Shown in pieces: positions 26,871 to 39,181 of a stretch of DNA of 62,830 bases. A program made the position numbers and the translations under genes. The number at the start of each line of letters is the position of its first letter. The first letter of the stretch is position 1. The stretch lies in the NCBI GenBank assembly GCA_026708285.1, contig JAPOVF010000260.1, positions 1-62,830 on the forward strand, read 5' to 3'. The stretch comes from Acidobacteriota bacterium (GTDB lineage Bacteria; Acidobacteriota; Thermoanaerobaculia; Multivoradales; Multivoraceae). The notes beneath the pieces were generated by a model. It was not told the origin of the DNA. It did not search any database and was given only the letters and a program-made list of their open reading frames with translations.

Positions 26871-29536
26871 GCGCTGGCCGGGTTCGGAGCGTTCGGGTCG
26901 ATGCCGTAGGCGGCAATCGCTTTCGCCGGCGCCTCGGCCTCGATTTCGCCGTTCTCGGCCAGGGAGGCCAGTGCGGAGACCACGATGTGCCGGCGGTCAA
27001 CCTCGAAGAAGGCCCGCAACTGCTCGCGGGTGTCGCTGCGCCCAAAGCCGTCGGTGCCAAGCGTGCGGTACGGACCCGGGACGAAAGCGCGGATCTGGTC
27101 GGTGTAGACCTTCATGTAGTCGCTCGCCGCGACCGTCACGCCGCCGCGCCCGGTCAGGCATTGGCGGACGTAGGACACTCTCTTCTCTTCCCCCGGATGC
27201 AGCCGGTTCCAGCGCTCCACCTCGATGCCGTCGCGCCGCAGCTCGTTGAAGCTGGTCGCCGACCAGACCTCGGCGGACACCTTCCAGTCTTCCTCCAGCA
27301 TCTCGGCCGCGGCCTCCGCCTCGCGCAGGATCGCGCCGGAGGCCAGCAACGTGGCGCGCTTCCTGTACCGCGAACCGGGCCGGATCCGGTGGAGGCCGCG
27401 CCGGATGCCCTCTTCGGCGCCGGCGGGCATCCTGGGGTGCTCGTAGTTCTCGTTCAGCGTCGTCAGGTAGTAGAAGACCGGCTCCTCCTCGGCGTACATC
27501 CGGCGCAGGCCGTCCTGGAGGATCACCGCCAGCTCGTAGGCGTAGGTGGGGTCGTACGAGACGCAGTTCGGCACCGTGGAGGCAGCGAGATGACTGTGGC
27601 CGTCCTGATGTTGCAGGCCCTCTCCGTTGAGCGTCGTCCGTCCCGACGTGCCGCCGATCAGAAAGCCCCGCGCCTGCATGTCGGCCGCGGCCCAGATCAG
27701 GTCGCCAACGCGCTGGAACCCGAACATCGAGTAGAAGATGAAGAACGGGATCATGTGGAACCCGTGGTTGGAGGCTGAAGTCCCCGCCGCCATCCAGGAA
27801 CAGAGGGAGCCGGCCTCGTTGATCCCCTCCTGGAGAATCTGTCCGTCACGGGCCTCCCGGTAGGGCGCGATCTTGTGCGCGTCGACCGGCTCGTAGAGCT
27901 GGCCGGTGGGGGCGTAGATGCCGAGCTGCCGGAACATGCCCTCCATGCCGAAGGTGCGCGCCTCGTCGGCGACGATCGGCACCAGGCGGTTGCGGATCGC
28001 GGGATTCCGCGTGAGCAGCGTGAACAGTCGCACGAACGCCATCGTGGTCGAGAACTGGCGCCCGCGGCTCGACCGCAGCAGGGCGTCGAAGGCGTCCAGA
28101 TTCGGCACGTCGAGCGGTGTCGCGGCAACGGTCCGTGCCGGAAGGTAGCCGCCCAGAGCCTCGCGACGCTCCTTCATGTAGCGGATCTCGGGGCTGTCGT
28201 CCGGCGGCCGGTAGAACGGAGTCTCCTCCAGTTCCTCGTCCGAAACCGGGATGTCGAGCCGGTCCCGGAAACCCATCAGCGCCCGCAGCCCCATCTTCTT
28301 CTGCTGGTGCGTGATGTTCATCCCCTCGCCGGCTTCGCCCATGCCGTAGCCCTTGACCGTCTTGGCCAGGATGACCGTCGGCTGCCCGGTGTGCTTCATC
28401 GCCGCCGCGTAGGCGGCGTAGATCTTGTGCGGGTCGTGTCCACCCCGGTTCAGCCGCCAAATGTCCTCGTCGGTCAGGTGGGCGACCATCGCCTTGAGCT
28501 CCGGGTACCTGCCGAAGAAGTGCTCGCGCACGAAGCCGCCGTCCTGGCTCGCCTTGTAGGCCTGGTACTCGCCGTCGACCGCCTCCTCCATGCGTCGCCG
28601 CAGCAGCCCGTGGCGGTCCCGGGCGAGCAGCGGATCCCAGTACGAGCCCCAGACCAGCTTGATCACGTTCCAGCCGGCGCCCCGGAAGACTGCTTCCAGT
28701 TCCTGGATGATCTTGCCGTTGCCCCGGACCGGCCCGTCCAGCCGCTGCAGGTTGCAGTTGACGACGAAGATCAGGTTGTCGAGGTTCTCCCGCGACGCCA
28801 GGGAGATGGAACCCAGGGACTCCGGCTCGTCCATCTCGCCGTCGCCCATGAAGGCCCACACCTTGCGGCCCTCCGTGTCGACCAGACCGCGGTTGTGGAG
28901 GTACTTCATGAACCGTGCCTGGAAGATCGCCATCAACGGCCCGAGGCCCATCGACACGGTCGGGTACTGCCAGAAACCCGGCATCAGCCAGGGATGCGGA
29001 TAGGACGAGAGCCCCCCCGGCCGTGCCTCGCGCCGGAAACGGAGCAGCTCCTCCTCGCTCAGACGGCCCTCGAGGAAGGCGCGGGCGTAGATCCCGGGCG
29101 AAGAGTGCCCCTGGATCATGACCAGGTCGCCGCCGTGCTGCTCCGACGGGGCGTGAAAGAAGTGGTTGAAGCCGACGTCGTAGAGCGTCGCGGCGGAGGC
29201 GAAGGACGCGATGTGTCCGCCCAGCCCCTCGTAGTCGTGGTTGGCGCGCACCACCATCGCCATCGCGTTCCAGCGGATGATGCTCCGGATCCGCCATTCG
29301 AGATCCGCATCTCCCGGCAACGGCTCCTGCGCCTGCACCGGGATCGTGTTCAGGTAGGCGGTCGTCGCCTTGTAAGGCAGGTAAGCACCGGAGCGGCGAG
29401 CCTGGTCGACCAGGGCCTCGAGCAGGAAGTGCGCCCGTTCCGGACCCTCGCGGTCCATGACCGCTTCGAGCGCCTCCAGCCACTCGGCCGTTTCGGCCGG
29501 ATCGATGTCCTGGCGGGCCTTGAGAGTGGGGTCCAT
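26867..29536 (-). CDS. aceE: Pyruvate dehydrogenase E1, homodimeric type
   Basis: DIDPAETAEWLEAL, GGHIASFAS, TVSMGLGP, TPP motif GDGEMDEPES...NCNLQRLDGPV and GEGLQHQDG. Start could also be 29542. Confidence 0.97.
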   Translation of the reverse strand: MDPTLKARQDIDPAETAEWLEALEAVMDREGPERAHFLLEALVDQARRSGAYLPYKATTAYLNTIPVQAQEPLPGDADLEWRIRSIIRWNAMAMVVRANHDYEGLGGHIASFASAATLYDVGFNHFFHAPSEQHGGDLVMIQGHSSPGIYARAFLEGRLSEEELLRFRREARPGGLSSYPHPWLMPGFWQYPTVSMGLGPLMAIFQARFMKYLHNRGLVDTEGRKVWAFMGDGEMDEPESLGSISLASRENLDNLIFVVNCNLQRLDGPVRGNGKIIQELEAVFRGAGWNVIKLVWGSYWDPLLARDRHGLLRRRMEEAVDGEYQAYKASQDGGFVREHFFGRYPELKAMVAHLTDEDIWRLNRGGHDPHKIYAAYAAAMKHTGQPTVILAKTVKGYGMGEAGEGMNITHQQKKMGLRALMGFRDRLDIPVSDEELEETPFYRPPDDSPEIRYMKERREALGGYLPARTVAATPLDVPNLDAFDALLRSSRGRQFSTTMAFVRLFTLLTRNPAIRNRLVPIVADEARTFGMEGMFRQLGIYAPTGQLYEPVDAHKIAPYREARDGQILQEGINEAGSLCSWMAAGTSASNHGFHMIPFFIFYSMFGFQRVGDLIWAAADMQARGFLIGGTSGRTTLNGEGLQHQDGHSHLAASTVPNCVSYDPTYAYELAVILQDGLRRMYAEEEPVFYYLTTLNENYEHPRMPAGAEEGIRRGLHRIRPGSRYRKRATLLASGAILREAEAAAEMLEEDWKVSAEVWSATSFNELRRDGIEVERWNRLHPGEEKRVSYVRQCLTGRGGVTVAASDYMKVYTDQIRAFVPGPYRTLGTDGFGRSDTREQLRAFFEVDRRHIVVSALASLAENGEIEAEAPAKAIAAYGIDPNAPNPASA

Positions 29537-29677
29537 GAACATCTCTTTGCTACCCAAGGGCTTCCGGCGCACGCCCCGCGCGACCCTGGGACCTCCGATT
29601 CTACCCGCCCAAGGCCCCCCAAGCGGCTTCGGGGCAACAGCGCGGAGCAGCGCCAGATTCCATGACTGCTATGGTTT

Positions 29678-31717
<2,040 letters not shown>

Positions 31718-31755
31718 GTCGGGGCGGGGAACGCTCGCGCTACACTGCGCCGCCG

Positions 31756-32814
31756 ATGACGGAGAGCCGCCAGGAGAAGTTCTCGGGTACCAGGGAGGTC
31801 GCGGAGCGCCTCAGCTTCGACCTCGCGCCGCTGCAGCGCTACCTCGAAGAACACGTCGAAGGGTTCTCGGGAGACCTCCACGTCCAGCAGTTCAAGGGCG
31901 GCCAGTCCTGCCCCACCTACCTGCTCGAGGCCGGCGGCAAGAGCTACGTGCTGCGCCGCAAGCCGCCGGGCAAGCTGCTGCCCTCGGCGCACGCGGTGGA
32001 CCGCGAGTACCGGGTGATGACGGCGCTCCGCGACACGGGCGTCCCCGTGCCGCGCACCTACTGCCTCTGCACCGACGAGTCGGTCGTCGGCACGATGTTC
32101 TTCGTCATGGAGCACGTGAAGGGCCGGATCCTGTGGGAGGCGCTGCTGCCGGGCATGGAACCGGCCCAGCGGTTCGCGATCTACGACGCGATGAACAGGA
32201 CCCTCGCCCGCCTGCACGCCGTCGACTACGAGGCGGTTGGACTCTCCACCTACGGCAAGCCGGGCAACTACTTCGCCCGCCAGATCCACCGGTGGACGAA
32301 GCAGTACCTGGCCTCGGAGACCCGGGACATCCCGGCGATGAACGCGCTGATCGAGTGGCTGCCGGCGAACATCCCCGACCGCGACGAGACGACGATCGTC
32401 CACGGCGACTTCCGGCTCGACAACATGATCCTGCACCCGGAACGGGCCGAGGTGATCGCCATCCTCGACTGGGAGTTGGGCACGCTGGGCCACCCGCTGG
32501 CCGACTTCAGCTACCACACGATGCAGTGGGAAATCCCGAAGGACAAGGGCGGTCTCAAGGGCCGCGACCTGGAGGCGCTCGGCATCCCGACCCTCGAGAC
32601 GTACCGCGACGCCTACTGCCGCCGGACCGGCCGCGACGGCATCGAGCACTGGAACTTCTACCTCGCCTACAACCTGTTCCGCAGCGCCGGCATCGCCCAG
32701 GGCATCGCCGGCAGGGTGCGCGACGGCACCGCCGCCAGCGCCCACGCGAAGGAAGTCGGCGAGTCGGTGCCGCGAACGGCCGGACTGGCCTGGGACGTCG
32801 CACAGCGGGCCTGA
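31756..32814 (+). CDS. Phosphotransferase family protein (APH/ACAD10-11 kinase-like)
   Basis: QFKGGQSCPTY, VLRRKPPG.LLPSAHAVDREY, HGDFRLDN and LDWELGTLGHP. Confidence 0.92.
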   Translation: MTESRQEKFSGTREVAERLSFDLAPLQRYLEEHVEGFSGDLHVQQFKGGQSCPTYLLEAGGKSYVLRRKPPGKLLPSAHAVDREYRVMTALRDTGVPVPRTYCLCTDESVVGTMFFVMEHVKGRILWEALLPGMEPAQRFAIYDAMNRTLARLHAVDYEAVGLSTYGKPGNYFARQIHRWTKQYLASETRDIPAMNALIEWLPANIPDRDETTIVHGDFRLDNMILHPERAEVIAILDWELGTLGHPLADFSYHTMQWEIPKDKGGLKGRDLEALGIPTLETYRDAYCRRTGRDGIEHWNFYLAYNLFRSAGIAQGIAGRVRDGTAASAHAKEVGESVPRTAGLAWDVAQRA

Positions 32815-32853
32815 ACCCGGAGCCCGCTTCCTCCGTAGAAGACAGCGGCCCCC

Positions 32854-34148
32854 ATGGACTGGACCGCCATTCGTCTGCTCTATCTGAGCGAGCTCCGCGC
32901 CGCGATGCGGGAGCGGGCCGTTCTGATCAACGGAATCCTGATTCCGCTGTTGATGTATCCGTTGATGATGTGGGTCATGTTCTCGGGCATCCTCTTCGTC
33001 ACGGCCCGCTTCGAGAGTTTCGCTTCGCGGGTCGAGATCGCGGGCCTGCCGGCGGAGCACAGGGGCCTGCTCGAACGGCTCGAGGAGGACGAAGGACGAA
33101 TCGAGATCACGGAGGTCGAGGCACCCACAACCCGCGCCGCCACCGCCTACCGTGAGGAAGTCGAGAACCGCCTGCTCGCCGGCGAGCTCGACGCCGCCCT
33201 GATCTTCGAGACCATCGTCGATCCTCCGGGCAACGCCGAGGTCTTGTTGCTGAGCAATGGCTCGAGCGACCCGTCGCAGGCCGCCCGCGGGCGGTTGGAA
33301 AGGGCGCTCTCGGCGGAACGATCGGCCTGGCTGGACCGGATCGCCGAACAGCACGGCCTCGAAGGCGCCGAGTGGCAGGTCTTCGAGGTGCGCTCGAACA
33401 ACCTCGCCACCGGCCGCCAGATGGGGCAGTTCGTGATGGGGATGATGATCCCGCTCTTTTTCGTCATCATGATCGCGAACGGCTGCGTCTACCCGGCCAT
33501 TGACTCGACCGCCGGCGAGCGCGAGCGGAACACCTGGGAGACCACGAGCACGCTCGCCACCCGGCGCATTCACATCGTCACCGCGAAGTACCTCTACGTG
33601 GCCACGATGGGCCTCGTTGCCGGAGCCCTCAACGCGGCCGCCATGGTCGTCTCCTTCCGCTCCTTCCTCGGGCCGCTCCTCGCCCGCCTGGGAGGCGGAG
33701 ACGGGAGCGCCTTCGCCTTCGAGCTGCCGCTGACGTCGCTGCCGGTCCTGCTCCTGACCGCCGTCCTCCTGGGCGCCCTGATCGCCGCCGCGATGATGAT
33801 CCTCGCCGCCTTCGCCCGCACCTTCAAGGAAGGTCAGTCCATGGTCACGCCGGTGATCCTGCTGGTCATCTTCCCGGTCCTGGTGCTGAACGACCCGAGC
33901 ATGGAGTTCACGCCGGCGCTGGCCGGCATCCCGGTGGTCAACGTCGTGCTGCTGCTTCGCCAGGCGATCGCCGGCAACGTCCTCTGGCTGCAGCTCGGAA
34001 TCACCGTCCTGGCGAACGGCGCCGCCATCGCGGCCTGCCTGTGGCTTGCATCGCGCATCCTGCGGGTCGAGGAGATCGCCACCGGCTCCTTCGAGGGCAA
34101 CCTGTTCCAGTTCCTGCGCCAGCACTGGCGACCGGCGGGAGGTAAAGC

Positions 34149-34152
<4 letters not shown>
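32854..34152 (+). CDS. ABC exporter permease, NatB-like
   Basis: PAIDSTAGERERNTWETT signature, ARTFKEGQS and multiple TM segments. Confidence 0.85.
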
Positions 34153-34907
<755 letters not shown>

Positions 34908-34919
34908 GGCGGAGCCGCG

Positions 34920-36944
34920 ATGAACCGCCGCACCGTCGCCGCGCTGGTCATCAACGACCTGCGCCAGCTCGCCCGCAATCCGCGGGTGCTCGTGTTCGCG
35001 GTCGCCCTGCCGCTCGTCCTGTGGCCGCTGATGTGGTTCCTGACCTCGCTGACCACGGAGCGCCGGCAGGAACGGATCGAGAGCCGCACCTACACCTACG
35101 CCGTGGCCGACGAAGCGGCCGAAGTCGCAGGCGCCGCCGACACCCGGACGTGGCTCGAGCGGGCTCTGGCCGTCGTCGGCGGCGACGGCCCGGCCGACGG
35201 CGACGAACCGACGGACGGCCCGGCGGTTCGCTTCGAGCGAGTCGAAGCCCCGGACGATGTTGCGGCCGCGCTCGACGAAGAGCGACTCCACGTTCACGTG
35301 GCCTGGGAGGCCGGAGGCGACGAAGACGTCCCGGCACCGCGCATCGTCCTCTCGCACCGTGCGGATCTCGACGCCTCGGACTCCGCCGAGGGGTTTCTGA
35401 GGCGGGCGCTCGAGCGCACTCGAACCGAAGTCCGCGAAAGGCGGCTCACGGATGCCGGCTTCGCGTCGCCGCCCGAAGACCTGCTGCCGCTCGAGCGGAT
35501 CGAGACGGCAAGCGAGGAACAGACGTCCGGGCTGCTGCTGGGACGCCTGCTGACCGCGATCATCGTGATGATGATGCTCGCGGGCGGCTCGATCGTGGCC
35601 ACCGACGCACTAGCCGGCGAGAAGGAACGCGGCACGCTCGAAACCCTGCTAACCACAGCCGCAAGCCGCGTCGAGATCGTCACCGCGAAGAACCTGTCGA
35701 TCCTGGCCGTCGCCTTCGCCACCAGCGTGCTCAACATCGTGAACATCGTCGTCTGGATGCAGCTCGACCTGATCGCGCCGCCCGCCGGCATGAAACTGGT
35801 CATTCCGGTCGGCGCTGGCCTGCTGCTGCTCCTGCTGTACGCGCCGGCCGCCGTGCTCCTCTCGAGCAGCCTGCTGCTGGTCTCCGGCCGGTCGAAGACG
35901 TACAAGGAAGCCCAGTTGCTGTTCGCGCCCGTGATGCTCGTCGCCATGGCCGTCGCGGCGATTCCCGTCCTGCCGGGCGTCGAGCTGCGCAGCGCGATCG
36001 TCCTGTTGCCGATCGCGAACCTGGGCGTGGCCGCCCGCGAGATCCTGACCGGCACCTACGACTGGCCCCTGCTCGCCGCCGCCTGGGCGGTCACCGGCGG
36101 CGCCGCCGCCCTGCTCGCCCGCGCTTCGTTGCGCACGTTGTCGGCAGAGAAGCTGATCACCGCCAGCGAACTCGACGCCGCCGACCTCGCCGGCGGGCCA
36201 GCGCTCTTCCCGCGCCGCGTTGCGCGCTGGTTCGCCGCTCTCTGGGCCCTGCTCCTCGTCTGGCAACTCAACATCGGCGGCAACATCGACAGCCGCCTGC
36301 TGATCTCGATCAACATGGCCATCTTCGGTGCCGCGGCCTGGCTGATGATCTCCCGCTACCGGCTGCCCGTGCGGCAGACGCTCTCGCTCCGTGCGCCGCC
36401 GGCCCGAGCGTGGCTCGGCGTCCTGATCGGCGCTCCCGCCGGTCTGATGCTGGCCGACGGCGTCGTCCGGCTCGCCAGTCTGGCCATGCCGATCCCGGAG
36501 GCCTGGATCGAGGCGATGGCCGAGAACATGGGCGTGACCCTGCCGCTCTGGCAGATGCTCATCTTCTTCTCCCTGATGCCCGCCCTCTTCGAGGAGGTCG
36601 CGTTTCGCGGCGTTCTGCTCCACGGACTGAAGGACCGCCTGACCACCCTCCAGCTCGTCCTGGTCGCCGGCATCGCCTTCGGCTTCTTCCACGTCGACCT
36701 GTTCCGCATCCCGCCGACTTCCCTGCTGGGGATCTTCCTGGTCGTCACCGTCATCCGGTCCGGCTCGATCTTCCCGGCCATGGCCTGGCACGCCCTCCAC
36801 AACGCGCTGGCCCTGGGCAGCGCCCGCGTCGAGCAGATCGCCCTGCCCGAACAACCGATCTGGTGGCACTACGCGCTGGCCGTGTTGGCGATCCTGCTGG
36901 CCTTCCGGTTGATGAAGCGGAGGACGAGAGCCGCCTTCAGTTGA
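34920..36944 (+). CDS. NatB-like ABC permease fused to a C-terminal CPBP (CAAX/Abi) intramembrane glutamic protease
   Basis: AGEKERGTLETLL permease motif, followed by CPBP motifs FEEVAFRG, FGFFH and HALHN. Confidence 0.88.
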   Translation: MNRRTVAALVINDLRQLARNPRVLVFAVALPLVLWPLMWFLTSLTTERRQERIESRTYTYAVADEAAEVAGAADTRTWLERALAVVGGDGPADGDEPTDGPAVRFERVEAPDDVAAALDEERLHVHVAWEAGGDEDVPAPRIVLSHRADLDASDSAEGFLRRALERTRTEVRERRLTDAGFASPPEDLLPLERIETASEEQTSGLLLGRLLTAIIVMMMLAGGSIVATDALAGEKERGTLETLLTTAASRVEIVTAKNLSILAVAFATSVLNIVNIVVWMQLDLIAPPAGMKLVIPVGAGLLLLLLYAPAAVLLSSSLLLVSGRSKTYKEAQLLFAPVMLVAMAVAAIPVLPGVELRSAIVLLPIANLGVAAREILTGTYDWPLLAAAWAVTGGAAALLARASLRTLSAEKLITASELDAADLAGGPALFPRRVARWFAALWALLLVWQLNIGGNIDSRLLISINMAIFGAAAWLMISRYRLPVRQTLSLRAPPARAWLGVLIGAPAGLMLADGVVRLASLAMPIPEAWIEAMAENMGVTLPLWQMLIFFSLMPALFEEVAFRGVLLHGLKDRLTTLQLVLVAGIAFGFFHVDLFRIPPTSLLGIFLVVTVIRSGSIFPAMAWHALHNALALGSARVEQIALPEQPIWWHYALAVLAILLAFRLMKRRTRAAFS

Positions 36945-37725
36945 CCCACGGACCGCGGTGGATGCGGTCGTCGTCCTTCGGCTTCTTGCCGCCCGGGACG
37001 ACGCGGAAGCGGCGGCGGCCCCGATTCAGCTTCTGCTTGACGTACCAGCGCTCGTAGCGGAGCCGCATCTCTCGCATCAGGCCCTTGGTGCGTCCAGGCC
37101 GCAGCAACGCAACGACGGCGCCGACCGCGGTGCAGATGCCGATGAAGCCGGCAAAGTCGCCTGTCTGCAGGAAGAGGACCCAGGCGAACGCGATCTCGAT
37201 CCAGATGAACCACCTCGCCCGGATCGGAAGCACGAAGAACAGCATGATCGTGGCGTCACGCCGAATCACCGCGAAGCCGGTGATCGCGATCGCCAGCAGC
37301 ATCTGTTGACCCTGCATGACGACGAAGGCGTTCGGAGCGGCACCGCCTGCCAGCAACTGCACCAGACAGGCCACCACCGCCGCGACCGCCGCCGACATCC
37401 AGAGCAGGTTCCAGAACCGCTGCCTGCCAAGTGCCCAGCGCACGTCGTTCGCGAACATGTAGAAGATCAGGAGGCCCACCAGGAACCAGATCGACGGTCT
37501 GCCCCAACCAGCGGCCGGATAGGTCACGAGCTGCCAGATCATCCCGTGCTGCCACACGGAACTCGACAGCCGCATGAGCTCCGGCACGATGGCCAGCCCT
37601 TGCAGGAACTGCATCGAGAAGGTGACGAACAGCACGGCTACCAGCAGCAGCAGATCGCGCGCATGGGGTCCCGAGAGCCCGCCGAAGCTCATCCTGCGCG
37701 CGTACGGTCCTCCACTCATCGTCAT
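36937..37725 (-). CDS. Rhomboid-like (DUF1751-type) membrane protein, apparently non-catalytic (start uncertain)
   Basis: IWQLVTYP loop, TM pattern, FFVLPIRARW and C-terminal FRVVPGGK...WVN. No GxS or His dyad visible. Confidence 0.65.
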   Translation of the reverse strand: MTMSGGPYARRMSFGGLSGPHARDLLLLVAVLFVTFSMQFLQGLAIVPELMRLSSSVWQHGMIWQLVTYPAAGWGRPSIWFLVGLLIFYMFANDVRWALGRQRFWNLLWMSAAVAAVVACLVQLLAGGAAPNAFVVMQGQQMLLAIAITGFAVIRRDATIMLFFVLPIRARWFIWIEIAFAWVLFLQTGDFAGFIGICTAVGAVVALLRPGRTKGLMREMRLRYERWYVKQKLNRGRRRFRVVPGGKKPKDDDRIHRGPWVN

Positions 37726-37742
37726 CGTCGGCGCGACCTTAC

Positions 37743-38165
37743 CTAGGGAATGACCCGGAGACCTTCCAGTTCCGCCGCAGCCGCAAGGCGTTCGTCGAGG
37801 CATACGAACGGAAGCGCACCGCCGAACTGGTCCTGGATGAGCAGGGCCGCCCCGAGCTGGCCGGAGTCGGCGGCCCGGAGCGAATGCCGCGCCAGCAGAA
37901 GCTCGGCCCGGGATCGCACCGCGAGCACGTCCGTTACTTCATCCCAACCGGCGGCCAGCGCATGGAAGAAGTCGAACAACTCTCGACGTTCCGGACGCGA
38001 CAACGTCACTTCACGACAGCGCCGCTCAAGCGCGCTGACGATCTCGGCGCGCGTCCACACCCAGGTGACGACACCATCGTCCTCGGCGAACCACTCGCGC
38101 ACGCGCTCGCTCTCCGGTTCGTCAAGGACCAGGGGAACCAGGGCGGACGCATCCCAGTACCTCAC
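37743..38165 (-). CDS. vapC: VapC-like PIN toxin
   Basis: YWDASALVPL...E, E(IVSA), LRAADSGQLGAA and FVCLDERL. Confidence 0.9.
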   Translation of the reverse strand: MRYWDASALVPLVLDEPESERVREWFAEDDGVVTWVWTRAEIVSALERRCREVTLSRPERRELFDFFHALAAGWDEVTDVLAVRSRAELLLARHSLRAADSGQLGAALLIQDQFGGALPFVCLDERLAAAAELEGLRVIP

Positions 38166-38177
38166 GCGACGCTCGGC

Positions 38178-38459
38178 TCAGAAGCGATCGGCCCGGTCCT
38201 CGGCCAGCGCTTCGGACAGATTCAGGTTCAGCGCAAGCGGCGGCTTCTCGAGAATCCGGGCCATGTCGCCCTTGCCCGGACGAATCACACCGGCGGCGAC
38301 GAGGCGCGCCCGCAGATCGTCGTCGTCCTTCACGTCCGGCGCCACCAGCTTGGCCACGGGCTTCCCGCGATCCAGCACCTGAACCTCTCCGCCCCGGCGA
38401 ACCTCGCGCAGGTAGTGAGAGAGACCTGCCTTCAACTCAGAAATCGAGACCGTCGTCAT
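38178..38459 (-). CDS. Phd/YefM (prevent-host-death) antitoxin
   Basis: MTTVSISELKAGLSHYLREVRRGGEVQVLDRGKPVAKLV is the Phd pattern, upstream of the PIN toxin. Confidence 0.9.
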   Translation of the reverse strand: MTTVSISELKAGLSHYLREVRRGGEVQVLDRGKPVAKLVAPDVKDDDDLRARLVAAGVIRPGKGDMARILEKPPLALNLNLSEALAEDRADRF

Positions 38460-38466
38460 GACGACC

Positions 38467-38500
38467 AATATAGTCTCTTGCCCGAGACCAGACAAGTCTC
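38467..38500 (-). promoter_or_regulatory. Sigma70-type promoter with overlapping inverted repeats for the Phd-VapC operon (leaderless)
   Basis: Minus strand TTGTCT-17 nt-TATATT-7 nt-ATG. GTCTC/GAGAC inverted repeats at 38473-38477, 38484-38488 and 38496-38500. Confidence 0.65.
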
Positions 38501-38587
38501 GATCCTGAATCGCCCCCGAACCGCACGCCGCAAACCGTCGCTATCATTCGCCGCGACCGGCAAACCGCCGCAGCAAGGGAGAAGACG

Positions 38588-39181
38588 ATGGACCGAGAAG
38601 CGGCCTGGCAGACGGTACAGGAGTTCGTGAAGGCGCCGGGCCTGCGGAAACACATGCTGGCGGTCGAGGCGGCCATGCGCTGGTACGCCGAACAGCTCGG
38701 CGGCGACCCGGACTCCTGGGGCCTCGCCGGCCTGCTCCACGACTTCGACTGGGAGATCCACCCGACCCTCGAACAGCACCCGGCCGATGGCGCGGCGATC
38801 CTGCGCGAACGCGGGCTCGACGAGGACATCATCCGCACGATCCTCTCCCACAACACGGAAGGAACCGGAGTCGAACGGGAGACGAAGCGCGACTACGCGC
38901 TGCTGGCCTGCGACGAGATCACCGGGTTGATCAGTGCCGCCGCCCTCATCCGCCCGAGCAAGGACGTACGCGACGTGCCGCTCAAGTCGGTCCGCAAGCG
39001 CTGGAAGCAGAGAGCCTTCGCCGCCGGCGTCGACCGCGAGCACGTCGAGGAAGTCACCGCCGACTTCAGCCGCGAGTGCTTCGATGGCGATCTCGAACTC
39101 TGGCAGCACGCCGGCAACGTGCTGGCGGCGATGCAGGGCGTAGCGGCCGAGCTGGAGCTGGACGGCCGCCTGGCGAAGTGA
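38588..39181 (+). CDS. HD/HDIG-domain metal-dependent phosphohydrolase
   Basis: KHMLAVE, GLLHDFD, HP...G..IL, ILSH and ACDEITG. Confidence 0.88.
   Translation: MDREAAWQTVQEFVKAPGLRKHMLAVEAAMRWYAEQLGGDPDSWGLAGLLHDFDWEIHPTLEQHPADGAAILRERGLDEDIIRTILSHNTEGTGVERETKRDYALLACDEITGLISAAALIRPSKDVRDVPLKSVRKRWKQRAFAAGVDREHVEEVTADFSRECFDGDLELWQHAGNVLAAMQGVAAELELDGRLAK

Noticed and set aside
23663-29634. Similar short motif CCCAAGC(A/G)GC(C)TTCGGG at both ends of the PDH operon (about 23679-23696 and 29617-29634)
   Set aside because: It is short, imperfect and GC-rich, with no transposase or integrase nearby. There is not enough evidence to call it a target duplication or att site.
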